Shown: positions 36,513 through 49,895, counted from the whole stretch's first letter. The stretch is DNA of 59,036 nucleotides, filler included, from Basidiobolus ranarum (GCA_040143965.1; 7 parts of 7 records of this genome joined end to end with filler, not necessarily neighbours in it), one strand, 5' to 3'. The notes: generated by a model not told the origin, from the sequence alone. Numbers and translations: made by a program.

Positions 36513-39500
36513 CCACGCGCGAGCTCCAATGCCTGTATATTGTTCAAAAGCATCACGAAACAAATTAGTACATCGTGAAAAACTAGCCCCGATTCAACCT
36601 CATCAAGCAAACGCTACCATGTTCACTTGCCATATCGAATAAAAGCGGCTGATTAGAGGATTAGCACTCACTTGTGGTGGCATTGCTGTATCTAGTGTAC
36701 CAAACTGATTAGAATGCATTTCGAAAAACCTTATGAACGTCCAATTCTCTAGCATCCACCAATCTACCAAAAGGAACCGCCTTCCAGAACCAGACACCTC
36801 TCTTCTACGCAGAACTCGCTTACCAAAAAGGTCGAATTCTAAGACTCTTTGTCGTTGAGGCCCTGTCCATCAAGCAAAGGCTTCTATCCCAGTAGCGAAT
36901 TGAATTGCCGTACAAATCGAACAATCTGCGAACCAATTCGACTGAACAGGCATGTGGAGTTAAATCTAATTTTGCTAACGGAAAAGCTCTAGAAGTTAAT
37001 CCATGCGTGTAAACAATCATCAAGATTATATTCGAGTCAGGGCAAGAATCGATTCATTGGAAGATCGAATAGCTGTCAACACGTCGAAACATCCATTTCC
37101 GATTGCAGCAAATTGTCCGATTTCCACGGAAATAGCCATTCAGTGCAGTAGTAAACAGGGCAATCTTGATGCAGATTCTACCCAATACCACACGTGTGGA
37201 TCTAGGATTACATCAAAACCTGGGATATTCGAGATATGAGATAACTACACTATTGGCTACCGTGCCTCGGATGACAAAACTGTTCTATATCTTTTCCATA
37301 ATTGGACATGATGATGGAGCGTTGGGTGAGCCATGACAGTTTAGACGTATCATTGTCAAGAGCAGTTGGGTGGTGGACTTCTCTGGATTGGTGAGAATAT
37401 ATTTTAAATATTGTTAGTATCGGCTTCTAGATTATTAATAGGGTGTCCAGATCTGTATGTGAAAAAAACCAAGGACCGGGAGAGCTCTATTCTCCACTAC
37501 GTCCTAGAATAAGTTGTGCTGCTCAGAAGCGGCACCAATCCAATCTACAGTACCTTGTGCAAGTGAGAGGCCTGAGGTTAAAACTAAGCCTCAACCTAGC
37601 CTCGATAATGTGATCTTCTGAAACGAATGTTTATGTCAATAGCATTTCGCGACGCCGTGACGAGGGCTTGGACACCGGCCCCTGTAGTGTTGGGGTGGTG
37701 GATATTGCATGGGAAATGCTTTGCACTTGGTCTATGCTGCTGCGTTGGACGTTCGGCAGATGTATGATTCGCCGATGGTTAAATCATTTCCCTGGAATCG
37801 AAACTATCCCAGATTTTGAAAGTTGGTGAAGCTTGGAATCGGATCATTAAGCTTACTGCGTAGTAGGGAAGTTGAATCCTATCACAGGTGCATATAATCT
37901 TAGTCACACCATTGTAGGGTGGTGGACCAAATACCAGTTATCTATAGCTCATAACCAATTCTGAATTAACAGTCACTTTGTCAATTGATGCTATTGTGTT
38001 CGTCGTTGCACAAGTCAGGGAGTAAGAAGCTTACTTCATATGGTCTTGCGAGAAAATCATTGTTTGTTCATAAGCAAGCACGCAGGATTGCGCATGTTTG
38101 AGAATAACATGACTGGATCAGACAGGTGCTTAGAACTTAATTTTAAGCAACCACATAGAGAGGATGCGGTATGATAACCTGCAATGAGTATCTACCTGTC
38201 GGATGTTGTAAACTAAACTTTATTCACGAAAAGGCAGATGGGAATCGATTGACATTTTGTAGACAAGATGCAGAATCTACTCGTTGAGATGCAAGATTTA
38301 GGCAATAGAATCGAAAGCTTTTGCGTTAATCTCGTTATTCTTGATCTAGATATTTCGCACAGTCCCTCCTTCTGGGAAGGTACGTCCATTCCCAAAAGGC
38401 ACATACGTTATAGTGATCACTCCATATCTGACCTGACTTTTGGAACGAAATCCAGAGCATGTGTAGAACTAAAAATCCGATTACTGGGTTAAACCCCTAA
38501 CTGGTTAAAAGCCGTCGCCTCTGTTGAACATGGAAAGGACAAAGTTGTACCCACTGAGTCTCCAGAATCTTCAATCGAAACGGTGCACTTCCATATACGT
38601 CACGGCCTACTTTTTTGTAACAGCACATTTCCATACACGTCCAGGTGCTCTTTTGCAACTAATTACACGTAATCATTTCGCCGTGATTTTCTCAAATAAC
38701 AGGCACGAATTCCCTAATGACTATTGTCATATACAGCGGCATCTTTCAATCACCCTATCCCCGACACACACTCTTCATGTCTCTCACACCATTGGACAGC
38801 GAGCCAGCCATTAAGTACTCGTCTCCTTTGCTTACTGGATAGTATGAATGTTCATCCATTGTATCTGTTTTGAGACAGGAGGATTTGAAGCCACAATGGA
38901 TGTCCAATCATCTCGAACTGACTATTTCAGAACAGTTGTTACTATTTTCAAAATTCCGGCCGCATTTAAATACTCCATTCCATTTAAGGAGACTTGTGTT
39001 TAGTAATTCTGGGGAGACTGGGAGAGCGAAGAAAACCTCTAGCACACCATCAGGCGAAGGAATCAAAATGGAAAGTGCTCATTAATAAGTTAATAATTTC
39101 TCACGTGTAAATCGAGTTGCATTTACATAGCAGAATGGTCTCACGTACCAACCTAGTGTTCTCTCATCCTTTTACTCAATTCCACAAGTGGCTTAACATA
39201 AACAATTTCAAAGAACGTTCTAGAGTGTTCGTGCCGAAAAACAGCGAGCAATACCCAGCAGGTCATAATTTGCACTAGCCTTAATTTGACTTCGATCTAC
39301 GAGACGGAAGTATAATAGGAATGTTGATCATGTTCTTGAGAATCTGCTCCCTATGGCACCTTGGAACCATTTCAAGAAATAGGGTGCATTTACCAAATCT
39401 CGTGCTTGTCCTCACACTTACATATTAGCCAATGCCGAAGGTCAATCGCCACTAAGTGAAGCATCTTGATTTGATAGTCAGCAAGTTCCTTATTTGACTT

Positions 39501-41840
39501 TCCATCAGACAACTTCACACGGCATGTCTGCCAGATCCAGGAATAATGAACCAAATTCGACGGCAGCTTGTCGCTAATGTAGCCACTCGTTTATTTACAA
39601 TGCCTTTTATGAAACTGACGGGAGATAGTTTCGCATTGATACATATATAGAATCTCACGATTGAAGACTTCGATCAAATCAGATAATTTGGATTTCGCAT
39701 CTCACATGTAAAAATGTTTACCAAAACCATCAGCAATTCGCACTTCCCCCCTATGCATCAGCTTTATTCTGAACAAAAGTATGAAACTGTTGTAAGCCAC
39801 CTCACGAATAGGGTAGCAAACACCCAATACCCTATTATTATCACCTGTTCTGTGTTGATGCCATTGGTGTTCGCAGTGCCGATGGCGTCTTAGAAAACCC
39901 AAGGAATTGCTTCCATTTTGCCAATTATTTCTGACCGATCCTTACAGATAATACACAGACCTCGATACAAGAAGGGTGCCTGACTACGATGTCTTTACCA
40001 TTACTTTATGTGGCATTTTAACTAGTGGTCACATTGTTAATATCTAGATGCCACGCAAAACACGGAGTAGGACATGCCTTCGAGGTGTGCGACTACGGAA
40101 TACCAAACCTGAATGCTATCTTACATTCGATCCAGAACGTCGTTTGTTCGTTCAGATGGCGGTTAAAAGACTATTCCTAGTAAAGTGAAAGTCACAAATT
40201 CCCATAAGAATATGGAGACGCAGAGAACGACAATTGGGTTCTATCGCGATGTTATCTTTAGCATCATTGCATTGCTAAACACTGTGGTTTCAACGTACTT
40301 GGCACTTGCACATCAGCATCGATCTTAAATGGGGAACCAGGTAATCTGAATATCTTAGATATCCAGATTGCCGATTCATATGGCGAATGACAACAGGGCA
40401 TGCATGTCCAGCTCGTTTAACTTAATCGATGTCAAGATCACTACAATCTGGCCACTAATTTGTATTAAATTTGTGGATTCAAGCCTTTTTTACTTAAAGC
40501 AAGTCTAATTCTCGCTCCTACCTACTATCCATTCATAGACCATGTAGTCTTTTTATCAAATGTAAATTATCCAAAAATGTTAGGTAGCACCTGACTGTCA
40601 CAAATAGCGAATGTAGCTTATACACGGATCGGTTTAGACATCTAGACACTCAAATTATAGGATTGTTGAATAAATATTTGTGGCGATTATCCGACAAATA
40701 GCCAAGGAAAGCATTAGCTAATTCGGAATCAGCGTATGTTAGAAACACCGCTCTACTGCTTAGAGACTGATGGGGCCATATGCAACTACACATGTCTCTT
40801 CACTCATGTGTCTGTAGTGTGGTGGGGTCCTTTTCTCAATTGCTTGTATTCAATAATCACTTAAAATACGTCGAAATTGCAAGAGATTCCAGCGTGATTG
40901 CACCCTCGTAGTTTAATTCTCGATATCGGATATTCAAGTAAATAATACCCGTTGAACTCTCATTTGTTATCTATACATTCACATCTGATGATTAGCTTGT
41001 AGGTAGTTTTACCAGTATCTTGAAATCACTATGAAATAGACTTTACAAAAGTAATCACGAAGAATATGGACATTTAGCCAACACAAACACAATTGTCTAG
41101 TGGATGTTCTTGGTAATCCATGGCCTCTGTTCGCCAATTTCAATGTATTCATACAATCCAAATAGAATATTATTGTTTGAGGAATGTCAAAAAAAAAAGA
41201 TCTTCGCCATTTTATTAAGTATGGTTGTTGTTTTAACCAGGCATGGTTTAAATATCTCATCTCAATGAAGATTTCTGCTTAATACCCTCTTTCTCAATCA
41301 GTAACAAAAATATATGATTTTACAATTTATTATTTCCTAGTGAAAAAAAAAATCATATTGGCGACAGCTTTTCAACAGTTGGATGAAATTCTCTAGACCT
41401 CGCTTGATATATTAATGGATTTTTCTTTAATGACCAGTAAAATATAAAACCATAATTATTGCTTACATCCTCGTTTTGTTGATTAAATTAGAATCTAAAA
41501 TACACACCATCATCGGTCTTGCATCTTGATTCATCATTCAAAAGAAAAAACCTTGAATTCACTGATGGATCTTTTAACATAGTATTATTGATATCATTGA
41601 TGCAGAAACACCAATTCTGCTTTTACAATGCATATCTCATGGTTAATATTGATTACCAAAATCTTTCTGTCATTCAACTTCAAGTTAAATTCACACATCT
41701 ATTTTTCTGCATTATCAACCCTACTCCGTGCCATTAGTTTAAGCCCTATATTCCCTCAATTGTTAATGATTTCCTAATTACTATACTATGACCAGAATTT
41801 CCACTGAAGAGCACTCAAATGATAAGAAGTTCCTAGTATT

Positions 41841-42052
41841 TGTTAAAATTAGTATAACCTAAACACTTATATAGTCATATATAGCTTAGTATTTAGTTAT
41901 TTTATATTGACCTAAGATATCACCCACTATTCTCCAGAGGAACTTACTTAAAATATCAACACCAACTTAGAAGTTCTCTGATATATATATTCTTTTCAAA
42001 CTTGTGCTAGAAGCCCTAAGCTTTTTATGCATGTTTCTGGGATAATTCTTAA
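41841..42052 (+). mobile_element. Copia LTR 5' portion, interrupted
   Basis: TGTTAAAATTAGTATAACCTAAACAC...CAAACTTGTGCTAGAAGCCC matches the family. Confidence 0.85.
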
Positions 42053-42166
42053 TGATAAAGTATTTGGGAGCCTGTTGGAAGTGGTTTGGAGAATTAGAGA
42101 AATTGGTGGTTTTCACTTGTTGATTTATTGAGTAGAAAGTTGACATTTATAGTTTTGTCAAGATGT
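42053..42166 (-). mobile_element. Copia LTR 3' end in opposite orientation, truncated at contig end
   Basis: TGATAAAGTATTTGGGAGCCTGTTGGAAGTGG... matches the terminus of the 56670 and 33197 copies. Confidence 0.85.
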
Positions 42167-42266
42167 NNNNNNNNNNNNNNNNNNNNNNNNNNNNNNNNNN
42201 NNNNNNNNNNTTAATTAATTAANNNNNNNNNNNNNNNNNNNNNNNNNNNNNNNNNNNNNNNNNNNN
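42167..42266. other. Artificial contig linker
   Basis: N44-TTAATTAATTAA-N44. Confidence 0.98.
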
Positions 42267-42646
42267 TCATCAGAAGATGCTGATCCTTTTTCTTTAGCGG
42301 ATTGCCATGCGATAGCATCGCCGTCTGCGTCCAGACTAGGGCCTGTTTGATACTTGACATTGACTCCCTTTCGGGCACTAGCCTTAGCGGTGTTCAGATT
42401 GTCATGTTTCCTGATGATTGTGGTGAATACCTGTTTCAACAACGGGGTTTTTAATCTTGTTGTCTTAATAACCGGTTGCATTTGGACTTGCTGGTTGCAG
42501 TCTGTTGCTTGTTGTTCGCATGATAATGAGCGATAGAATACTCTGCCGATAGCACCAGCGCATGGAGAGGAGCAACCAAGAGGAGCGGCGTTGGTAGTTT
42601 GAAGGATACAAACAGTAAGAAAAGGGGCAATAGAAGAAAACCGCAT
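42267..42646 (-). CDS. Secreted 8-Cys array protein, copy 1 (3' truncated by contig end)
   Basis: Signal peptide MRFSSIAPFLTVCILQTTNA, then APLGCSSPC...RKHDNLNTA...KYQTGPSL; paralogous to the following copies. Confidence 0.8.
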
Positions 42647-43429
42647 GATTGGTATACTCTGAATATATCAACCACTCTGACTGTACTAACATCGGGTTAA
42701 ATGTATACTAGCAAGCTTTGCATTGCAAGGTTTAGTTAATGGTTTACGGTAATGTAATTAAATCTAACTTGAATTTAATAACACCTGATTTAAGTTGGCC
42801 TATGTTTTGGTACGACTAACCCTTGACTGAAGGCGCAAAGATTTTGCTTAAGTAATGAAAGTAAATTCTGTGATAGTAACCAAAATGTGGATCTGCATAT
42901 TCGAATATCTTCTACCCTAACATTAGCTATATTTCACATTAAATTGAAAAGCAATTGTAGCTCATATTAATACACTAATGCATAAGAATTTTAGCCTGAG
43001 GAGTATGTCAACAATAAATTGGTAAATACCAAATGAAAACAGCATTGGTCGATATTTACAGTTAGTAATTTGCTTAAATTTTTGCACTTTGTGGCATACA
43101 TTTTTTTATAAGTGTAATATGGAACAGTTATACTGACAAAGGTGAGATGACTGACTACTATTGCAACACGAACAATTTGCTCAGTGATGCTGTGTAAGTC
43201 AAGTAGATCACATTACGAGCAGAACAGAGTATAAATTTAGATTTGACTGGATATTTTGTCTATATCGAGTACAAATAGATAGAAAGTAAATCCCAACTTT
43301 TCTTTATAAACTTCGCCGGTTAGGAGGGCTCCCAGGTCGGTTATATCACTTCTTGCTTATTTAATGTGATATGTGCCATAATCTAATCATAACTATTTTT
43401 ATTCAATATATTTGACTAGAATACAATCC

Positions 43430-43948
43430 TTATTGACCACAATTTTCAGTACAAGGGGTTGATACGGGTACTTGATTGATGCAAGGTGCAATACATTCGG
43501 TCACTTCAGCAGGTGATATGTATTGTGTAGTTTGACCTGGGACTATCATCAGTGAAGGGTGTTCCGAATTGTCATTTGGAGATTCTGAACCTTTTTGTTT
43601 GACATACTCCGATGTAATAGCATTGCCTTCTGCTTCCAAACCTGGCCCGGTTTGATACTTGAAATTGATTCCTTTTCTGTTGCTAGCGCTAGCAGTGTTC
43701 AAATTATCATGTTTCCTGGTGTTTGTGGTGAATACTTGTCTCAATAGTGGAGTATGTAGGCTTTTTGCCTTAATAACAGGCTGCATGTGGACATTCTGGT
43801 TACAGCTGGTTTCCTGTAGTTCACAAGGTAATGAGCGATAGAAGACTCTTCCGATTGTACCAGTACACGGAGAACAACCAAGGGGAATGGCGACGGTAGT
43901 TTGAAGGGAGGCAGTAGCTAGAACAACAGCAATGGAAGTAATAAGCAT
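43430..43948 (-). CDS. Secreted 8-Cys array protein, copy 2 (172 aa)
   Basis: Intact intronless ORF with signal peptide and the family motifs. Confidence 0.85.
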   Translation of the reverse strand: MLITSIAVVLATASLQTTVAIPLGCSPCTGTIGRVFYRSLPCELQETSCNQNVHMQPVIKAKSLHTPLLRQVFTTNTRKHDNLNTASASNRKGINFKYQTGPGLEAEGNAITSEYVKQKGSESPNDNSEHPSLMIVPGQTTQYISPAEVTECIAPCINQVPVSTPCTENCGQ

Positions 43949-44614
43949 GATGAGTGTACTTTGAATATACCTACATAAGGCTCAATATATACATGTTTGC
44001 TTCATTTATCATAATTTGTTTAGTGCTTTACGGTAATGAAGTTGAAATTAACTTGATTTATTGGATTGAATTAACATCTGGTGAAAGCTAACTTCTATAG
44101 TGATACTGAGATTTCCAGACTCAAGTCAGTGAGATTTAGCTCAAGCTGTGGTTAATGCACATGGCCTGGTTTCTATTAAAGATAAATTGAAGTATATAAA
44201 CTTAACAAAGCAAAAATATTAATAATAAATTGAACGAAGTATGCTCCGAATCTACCTGCAATGAGAGACTGTGCACACCGTTCAACCAGATATGCAAAAT
44301 GTGTACTTCAAGATTCAAACTTTAAATCTGTAACAATATATCACCCATGTCTTTGCGTATATTCCGTATGTATTGGCAGTGTAGTTGAATATTACCGCGT
44401 TTGATTATCGATGCCTGTTCTTGTCACAGTCACTCTCGCATTAAGAAGTTTATTTATTTATAGCTGGCGGAATGAAGCCTTTGTTTGAAGAATGCACCCA
44501 TTATTGTGGTTGCTTAGTCGAATACATCCCTCAGTACAAATTTCAACTGAAATCCAACTTTATTTAATCATTGACCATCCTGTTCAATAAATTTGGGTAG
44601 AAGTAGAGATATCA

Positions 44615-45127
44615 TTAGCCACAATTTTCAGTACATGAAGTTGATACAGGTAGTTGACTGATACAAGGTGCAACACACTCGGTCACTTCGGCAGGTGTTG
44701 AGTATTGTGTAGTTTGACCTGGGACTATCATCAGTGAAGGGGGTTGTGGATTTTCATCGGAAGATTCTGAACCTTTTTCTTTAGCATATTGCCATGCGAT
44801 AGCATTACCTTCAGCCTCCAGACTAGGACCTGTTTGATATTTGACATTGATTCCCTTTCTGGCACTAGCCTTAACGGTGTTCAGATTATCATGTTTCCTG
44901 GTAATTGTAGTAAATACTTGTCTTAATAGAGGGCTATGTGTGCTTGCTGTCTTTATAGTCGGTTGGATATTCTGGTTGCAGTCTGTTACTTGTTGTTCGC
45001 ATGGTAAGGAACGATAGAATACTCTGCCGATAGTACCAGTGCATGGAGAAGAGCAGCCAAGAGGAGTGGCCATGACAGTCTGAAGGGAAGCAGCAGCTAG
45101 AATTAAGGCAATGGAAGTAAAACGCAT
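44615..45127 (-). CDS. Secreted 8-Cys array protein, copy 3 (170 aa)
   Basis: Intact ORF with signal peptide and family motifs; TATATATA lies ~50 nt upstream. Confidence 0.85.
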   Translation of the reverse strand: MRFTSIALILAAASLQTVMATPLGCSSPCTGTIGRVFYRSLPCEQQVTDCNQNIQPTIKTASTHSPLLRQVFTTITRKHDNLNTVKASARKGINVKYQTGPSLEAEGNAIAWQYAKEKGSESSDENPQPPSLMIVPGQTTQYSTPAEVTECVAPCISQLPVSTSCTENCG

Positions 45128-45796
45128 GGTTAGTATACTCTGAATGTATCAATATCGGGCTGGAGATGGCTCTATATATACTTGCTGGCATCAAATGTCA
45201 TAGTCTAGTTAGTGCTTTAGTATAATGAAATTAAAGTCAACTTGATTTATTCATTTCAATTAACATCTGGCTGAAGTTGATGTCTGTATTGATACACAGA
45301 TTTTCAGACCCAAGCCAGTGAGATTTAGCTTAGGCCGTGGCTAATGGATATAGGTTTGCTGTTGTTAAAAATAGATTTAAGTATAGTCAGATAACGCGAT
45401 AAAAGTATTAACATTAAAATGAATGAAAGAAGCTCCGAATCCACCCATGTTGACTACAATGTTACTATACAGGGTCCAAACCGTTTGATGTGCTATGCGG
45501 AAAGTATATTCATTGTTAAAAGCATTCAAAAGCGATATCTTAGTAGTTCATTAGTTAACAACCTATCAGCCATGTTTCTGTGTACTTGTTATATATTTAT
45601 GGACTATTTAGCTGAAGGTTACAAGATTTGATTAGCAATGTCTTTTCCTGTCATAGTTGTTGGCATTCGTACAATAAGAAGTCTATCTACATGTTACATG
45701 CACGACTAAGCCTTTCTTTGAAAATCATATTCATTATTATGGTTGCTTATTCTATTATATCCCACGGTGCAAATTTCAACTGAAATCCAACTTTAT

Positions 45797-46366
45797 TTAA
45801 TCATCGACCATCCTGCTCAGTAAATTTGGGTAGAAGCAAACATATCGTTGACCACAATTTTCAGTACACGAGGTTGATACAGGTACCTCCTCATTGCAAG
45901 GTGCAACACACTCCGTTACTTCGGCAAGTGCTGAGTATTGTGTAGTTTGTCCTGGGACTATCATCAGTGAAGGGAATTCCGAGTTGCCATTTGAGGATTC
46001 TAAACCTTTTTGTTTGATATACTCCGATGCAATAGTATTGCCTTCTGCTTCCAGACTAGGGCCTGTTTGATACTTAACATTGATTCCTTTTCTGTTACTA
46101 GTGCTAGCGGTATTCAAATTGTCGTGTTTCCTGGTAATTGTGGTGAATACTTGTCTCAATAGTGGGGTATGTGTGCTTGTTGTCTTGACAACTGGTTGTA
46201 TTTGAACATTCTGGTTGCAGTTTGTTGCTTGCTGACCGCATGCTGATGAGCGATAGTAAATTCTTCTGATAGTCCCAGTGCATGGAGAAAAGCAACCAAG
46301 TGTACCGGCAATGCAAGCTGGAACGAAAGCAGAAGTTAGGATGAAGGAAATGCAAGTAAAACGCAT
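45797..46366 (-). CDS. Secreted 8-Cys array protein, copy 4 (189 aa, C-terminally extended)
   Basis: Intact ORF with CAA CGA where siblings have TAA TGA / CAA TGA, adding RYVCFYPNLLSRMVDD. Confidence 0.85.
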   Translation of the reverse strand: MRFTCISFILTSAFVPACIAGTLGCFSPCTGTIRRIYYRSSACGQQATNCNQNVQIQPVVKTTSTHTPLLRQVFTTITRKHDNLNTASTSNRKGINVKYQTGPSLEAEGNTIASEYIKQKGLESSNGNSEFPSLMIVPGQTTQYSALAEVTECVAPCNEEVPVSTSCTENCGQRYVCFYPNLLSRMVDD

Positions 46367-46966
46367 GATTAGTATTCTCGGAATATAGCAATATCGGACT
46401 GGATATGGCTCTATATATACTTACTGGCATCAAATATAATAGTCTAGTTAGTGCCTTACGCTAACGAAATTGAAGTCAACTTGCGCTATATATTTTAGTT
46501 AACATCTAGTAGAGGTTGATATCTGTCTTGATACATAGATTCCAGACCCAAGCGGTGACGTTTAGCTTAGGCTGTGGTTATTTGCTATTGTTAAAAGTAG
46601 ATTTAAGTATAGTTAGATAACGCGATAAAAGTATTGACATTAAAATGAATGAAAGTAACTCTGAATCCACCCAAATGAGTACTATGTTATTCAACGTACT
46701 ATGCGAAATGTATATTCATCGTTAAAATTTTTCAAAAGTCATATTTTAGTTACTCATTAGTTGTAAATATATCAGTCACGTTTCCATGTGTTTTATATAT
46801 GCTTATGGACTATTTAACGGGTTAGCGATGAGCCTTTGTTCGATGAATGCCCCGTGATTATGATTGCCTATTCAAATACATCCCCGGTACAAATTTAAAC
46901 CGAAATCCAACTTTATTTAATTATTGACCAACCTGTTCAATAATTTGGGTAGAAATACAGATATCA

Positions 46967-47485
46967 TTAGCCACAATTTTCAGTGCATGAAGTTGATACA
47001 GGTAGTTGATTGATGCAAGGTGCAACACACGCGGTCACTTCGGCAGGTGCTGAGTATTGTGTAGTTGGACCTGGGACTACCATCAGTGAAGGGAGTTGGG
47101 GATTTTCATCCGATGATTCGGAACCTTTTTGTTTGGCATACTCTGATGTAATAGCATTTCCTTCTGCCTCCAAACTAGGTCCTGCTTGATGCTTGACATT
47201 GATTGCTTTTCTGTGACTGGCGCTAGCAGTGTTCAGATTGTCATGTTTCCTAGTGATTGTAGTGAATACTTGTCTCAATAGTGGAGTATGTAGGCTTGTT
47301 GTCTTGATGACAGGTTGCATTTGGACATTCTGGCTACAGCTGGTTTCTTGTTGTTCACAAGGTAATGAGCGATAGTATACTCTGCCGATAGTGCTAGTGC
47401 ATGGAGAAGAGCAGCCAAGAGGAGCGGCGGTGGCAGTCTGAAGGGAAGCAGCAGCTAGAATGAAGGCAATGGAAGTGAAACGCAT
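46967..47485 (-). CDS. Secreted 8-Cys array protein, copy 5 (172 aa)
   Basis: Intact ORF with signal peptide and family motifs. Confidence 0.85.
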   Translation of the reverse strand: MRFTSIAFILAAASLQTATAAPLGCSSPCTSTIGRVYYRSLPCEQQETSCSQNVQMQPVIKTTSLHTPLLRQVFTTITRKHDNLNTASASHRKAINVKHQAGPSLEAEGNAITSEYAKQKGSESSDENPQLPSLMVVPGPTTQYSAPAEVTACVAPCINQLPVSTSCTENCG

Positions 47486-48326
47486 GATTAGTATATTCTG
47501 AATGTATCAACATCAAGCTCTATATGGCTACATATACATCATAAAACATAGTTTAGTTATACTGTACGCCAATGAAATTTAAGGCAAGTTGATTTATTTA
47601 TTTCAGTGATCATATGTTTGAAATTTAACACTGTACCGATTTTTAGATTTCCTGATAAGAATTTTGATTTTTGAATGGAGGAAAGATACTCCAGATCCAC
47701 TGTATTTGAGTATGAAAAAATCTAATGCTCCTTATCCACACAAATTTTGAGTATTACGTTGCTAACATTTTGTGAATTGTGTAATGTGTAAAATATGTAT
47801 TAATCGATTCAAACCTTAAATTACCTATTATTTAATGATTCATTATTTAACAACATATCAGCCATAGTTTTGTGTATGCATTACGTATTTGTTGATAAAA
47901 TCGAAGTCAACTTGTTAATTCATTTCAATGAAAATCCGATTGAGGCTTTCCAGACCAAAGGTGATGGGATTTAGCTTAGACTGTGGTTAATGCAACTATG
48001 TTTGCTTTATTAAAAGTACATTGAAGTACAGCTACCTTAAGCCGTAGAAATATTTATGTTACGATGAATAAGCGATGCTACGGACTCACCGAAATTGAAT
48101 ATTTTGCTACTGACAGTGCGCTAATCGTTCAACTTCATTCATCAGATGTATGCTTATCAATTCGGAAACCTATCTTAATGTTGCTGCCGAACTTTTTTTA
48201 CACTGTACCAATGATGAAGGTTTCAAGGTCGCTTGTATCCCTTGTTACAAACTTCACTTGAAGACCCGCTTCGTATATTCATAAACCTTCTTTGTTCAAT
48301 AAATTTGAGTAGAAGCGGAAATCTCA

Positions 48327-48845
48327 TTAGCTACAATTTTCAATACATGAGGCTGATACAGGTACTTGATCAATTCAAGGTGCAACACACTCGGTTACTT
48401 CTGCAGGTGCTGAGTATTGTGTAGTTTGGCCTGGAACTATCATTAGTGAAGGGAGTTGTGAGTTGTCATTTGAGGACTCTGAAACTTTCTCTTTGGCATA
48501 TTCCGATGCCATAGCGATGCCTTCTGTCTCCAAACTAGGGCCTTCTTGATACTTGACATTGATTCCCTTTCTACTACTAGCGCTAGCGGTATTCAAATTG
48601 TCGTGTGTCCTGGTAATTGTGGTGAAGAATTGTCTCAATAGTGGAGTATGTACGCTGGCAGTCTTGACGAAAGGTTGCATTTGAATATTCTGGCTACAGT
48701 CAGTTACTTGTTGTTCACATGGTAATGAACGATAGTATACTCTGCTGATAGTGCTAGTACATGGAGAATAGCAGCCAAGGGGAGTGGCCATGTCAGTCTG
48801 AAGGGAAGCAGCAGCTAGAAAGAAGGCAATGGAAGTAAAACGCAT
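48327..48845 (-). pseudogene. Array copy 6 with premature stop (Cys codon changed to TGA at 48375-48377)
   Basis: ECVAP* is followed in frame by IDQVPVSASCIENCS* up to the family stop at 48327, so three C-terminal Cys are lost. Confidence 0.75.
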
Positions 48846-49369
48846 GATTAGTATACTCTGAACACACAAACATAGAGTTCAAAATATACATGTCAGCATC
48901 ATATATCATAGTTTAGTTAGTGCTTTACGGAAATGAAATTGGAAGCTACTTAATCTTTCATTCCAACTAGCATCTGGTTGAAGCTCACAACTATATTAAT
49001 ACTAGAGCTTCCAGACTCAAGTCAGTGATATTTAGCTCGCGCTGTGGTTAATGCACATGGTTTTGTTTCTATTAAAGGCAAATTGAAGATTAGTGAACGG
49101 GGCAAAAATTTGTTACGGATGTGAAAAAAGATGTTCCGAAGCCACCCTATATTGAGAGTTATGTTGGTAAAAAGTGTGTAAACCGTTTAACTTAATATGC
49201 AAAATGTGTACTTATTCAGACTTTAAGTAATCTATTAAAGCATATCGGATGTGCCTTTGTGTATATATTCCGTATATATGGGCAATTTAGCTGAATATGA
49301 TTACGCTTTATTGTCGATGCCTATAGATATACTATCGTTATTCAGCAACTTTAGCTGAAAGTGGAAGTC

Positions 49370-49895
49370 TCATTGACCACAATTTTCAGTACATGGGGTT
49401 AATACAGGTACTTGATCAATGCAAGGTGCAACACAATCGGTCACTTCCGCAGGTGCTGAGTATTGCGTAGTTTGACCTGGGACTATCATCAGTGAAGGGA
49501 GTTGTGGATTTTCATCGAAAGATTCGGATCCTTCTTCTTTAGCATATTGCCATGCGATAGCATTGCCTCCTGCTTCCAGACTAGGGCCTGTTTGATTCTT
49601 AACATTGATTCCTTTTCTACTACTTGCGCTAGCGGTGTTCAGGTTGTCATGTTTCCGGGAGATTGTGGTGAATACCTGTCTATAATAATAATGGGGTATG
49701 TGTGTTTGTTGCCTTTATAGTCGGTTGCATTTGGATGTTCTGGTTGCAGTCTATTGCTTGTCTCTCACATGGTAATGAGCGATAGTAGACTCTGCCAATG
49801 GTTCCAGAGCATAGAGAATAGCAGCCAAGGGGAGTGGTCATGGCAGTCTGAAGGAAAATAGCAGCTAGAATGAAGGCAATAGAAGTAAAACTCAT
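49370..49895 (-). pseudogene. Array copy 7, frameshifted
   Basis: A 4-nt insertion in a TTA run near 49685 gives TPLLL*; the rest (RQVFTTISRKHDNLNTA...ENCGQ*) continues in another frame. Confidence 0.8.

Noticed and set aside
36458-36610. N-terminal 51-aa extension of the terpene synthase in the ORF track
   Set aside because: It starts at a non-ATG codon and contains the probable TATA box; the recognisable fold begins at ATG 36457.
43430-47485. Array proteins as hydrophobins or KEP/dikaritin-type RiPP precursors
   Set aside because: There are eight Cys but no CC doublets or hydrophobin spacing. There are no internally repeated KR-flanked core peptides and no DUF3328-type gene on the contig.
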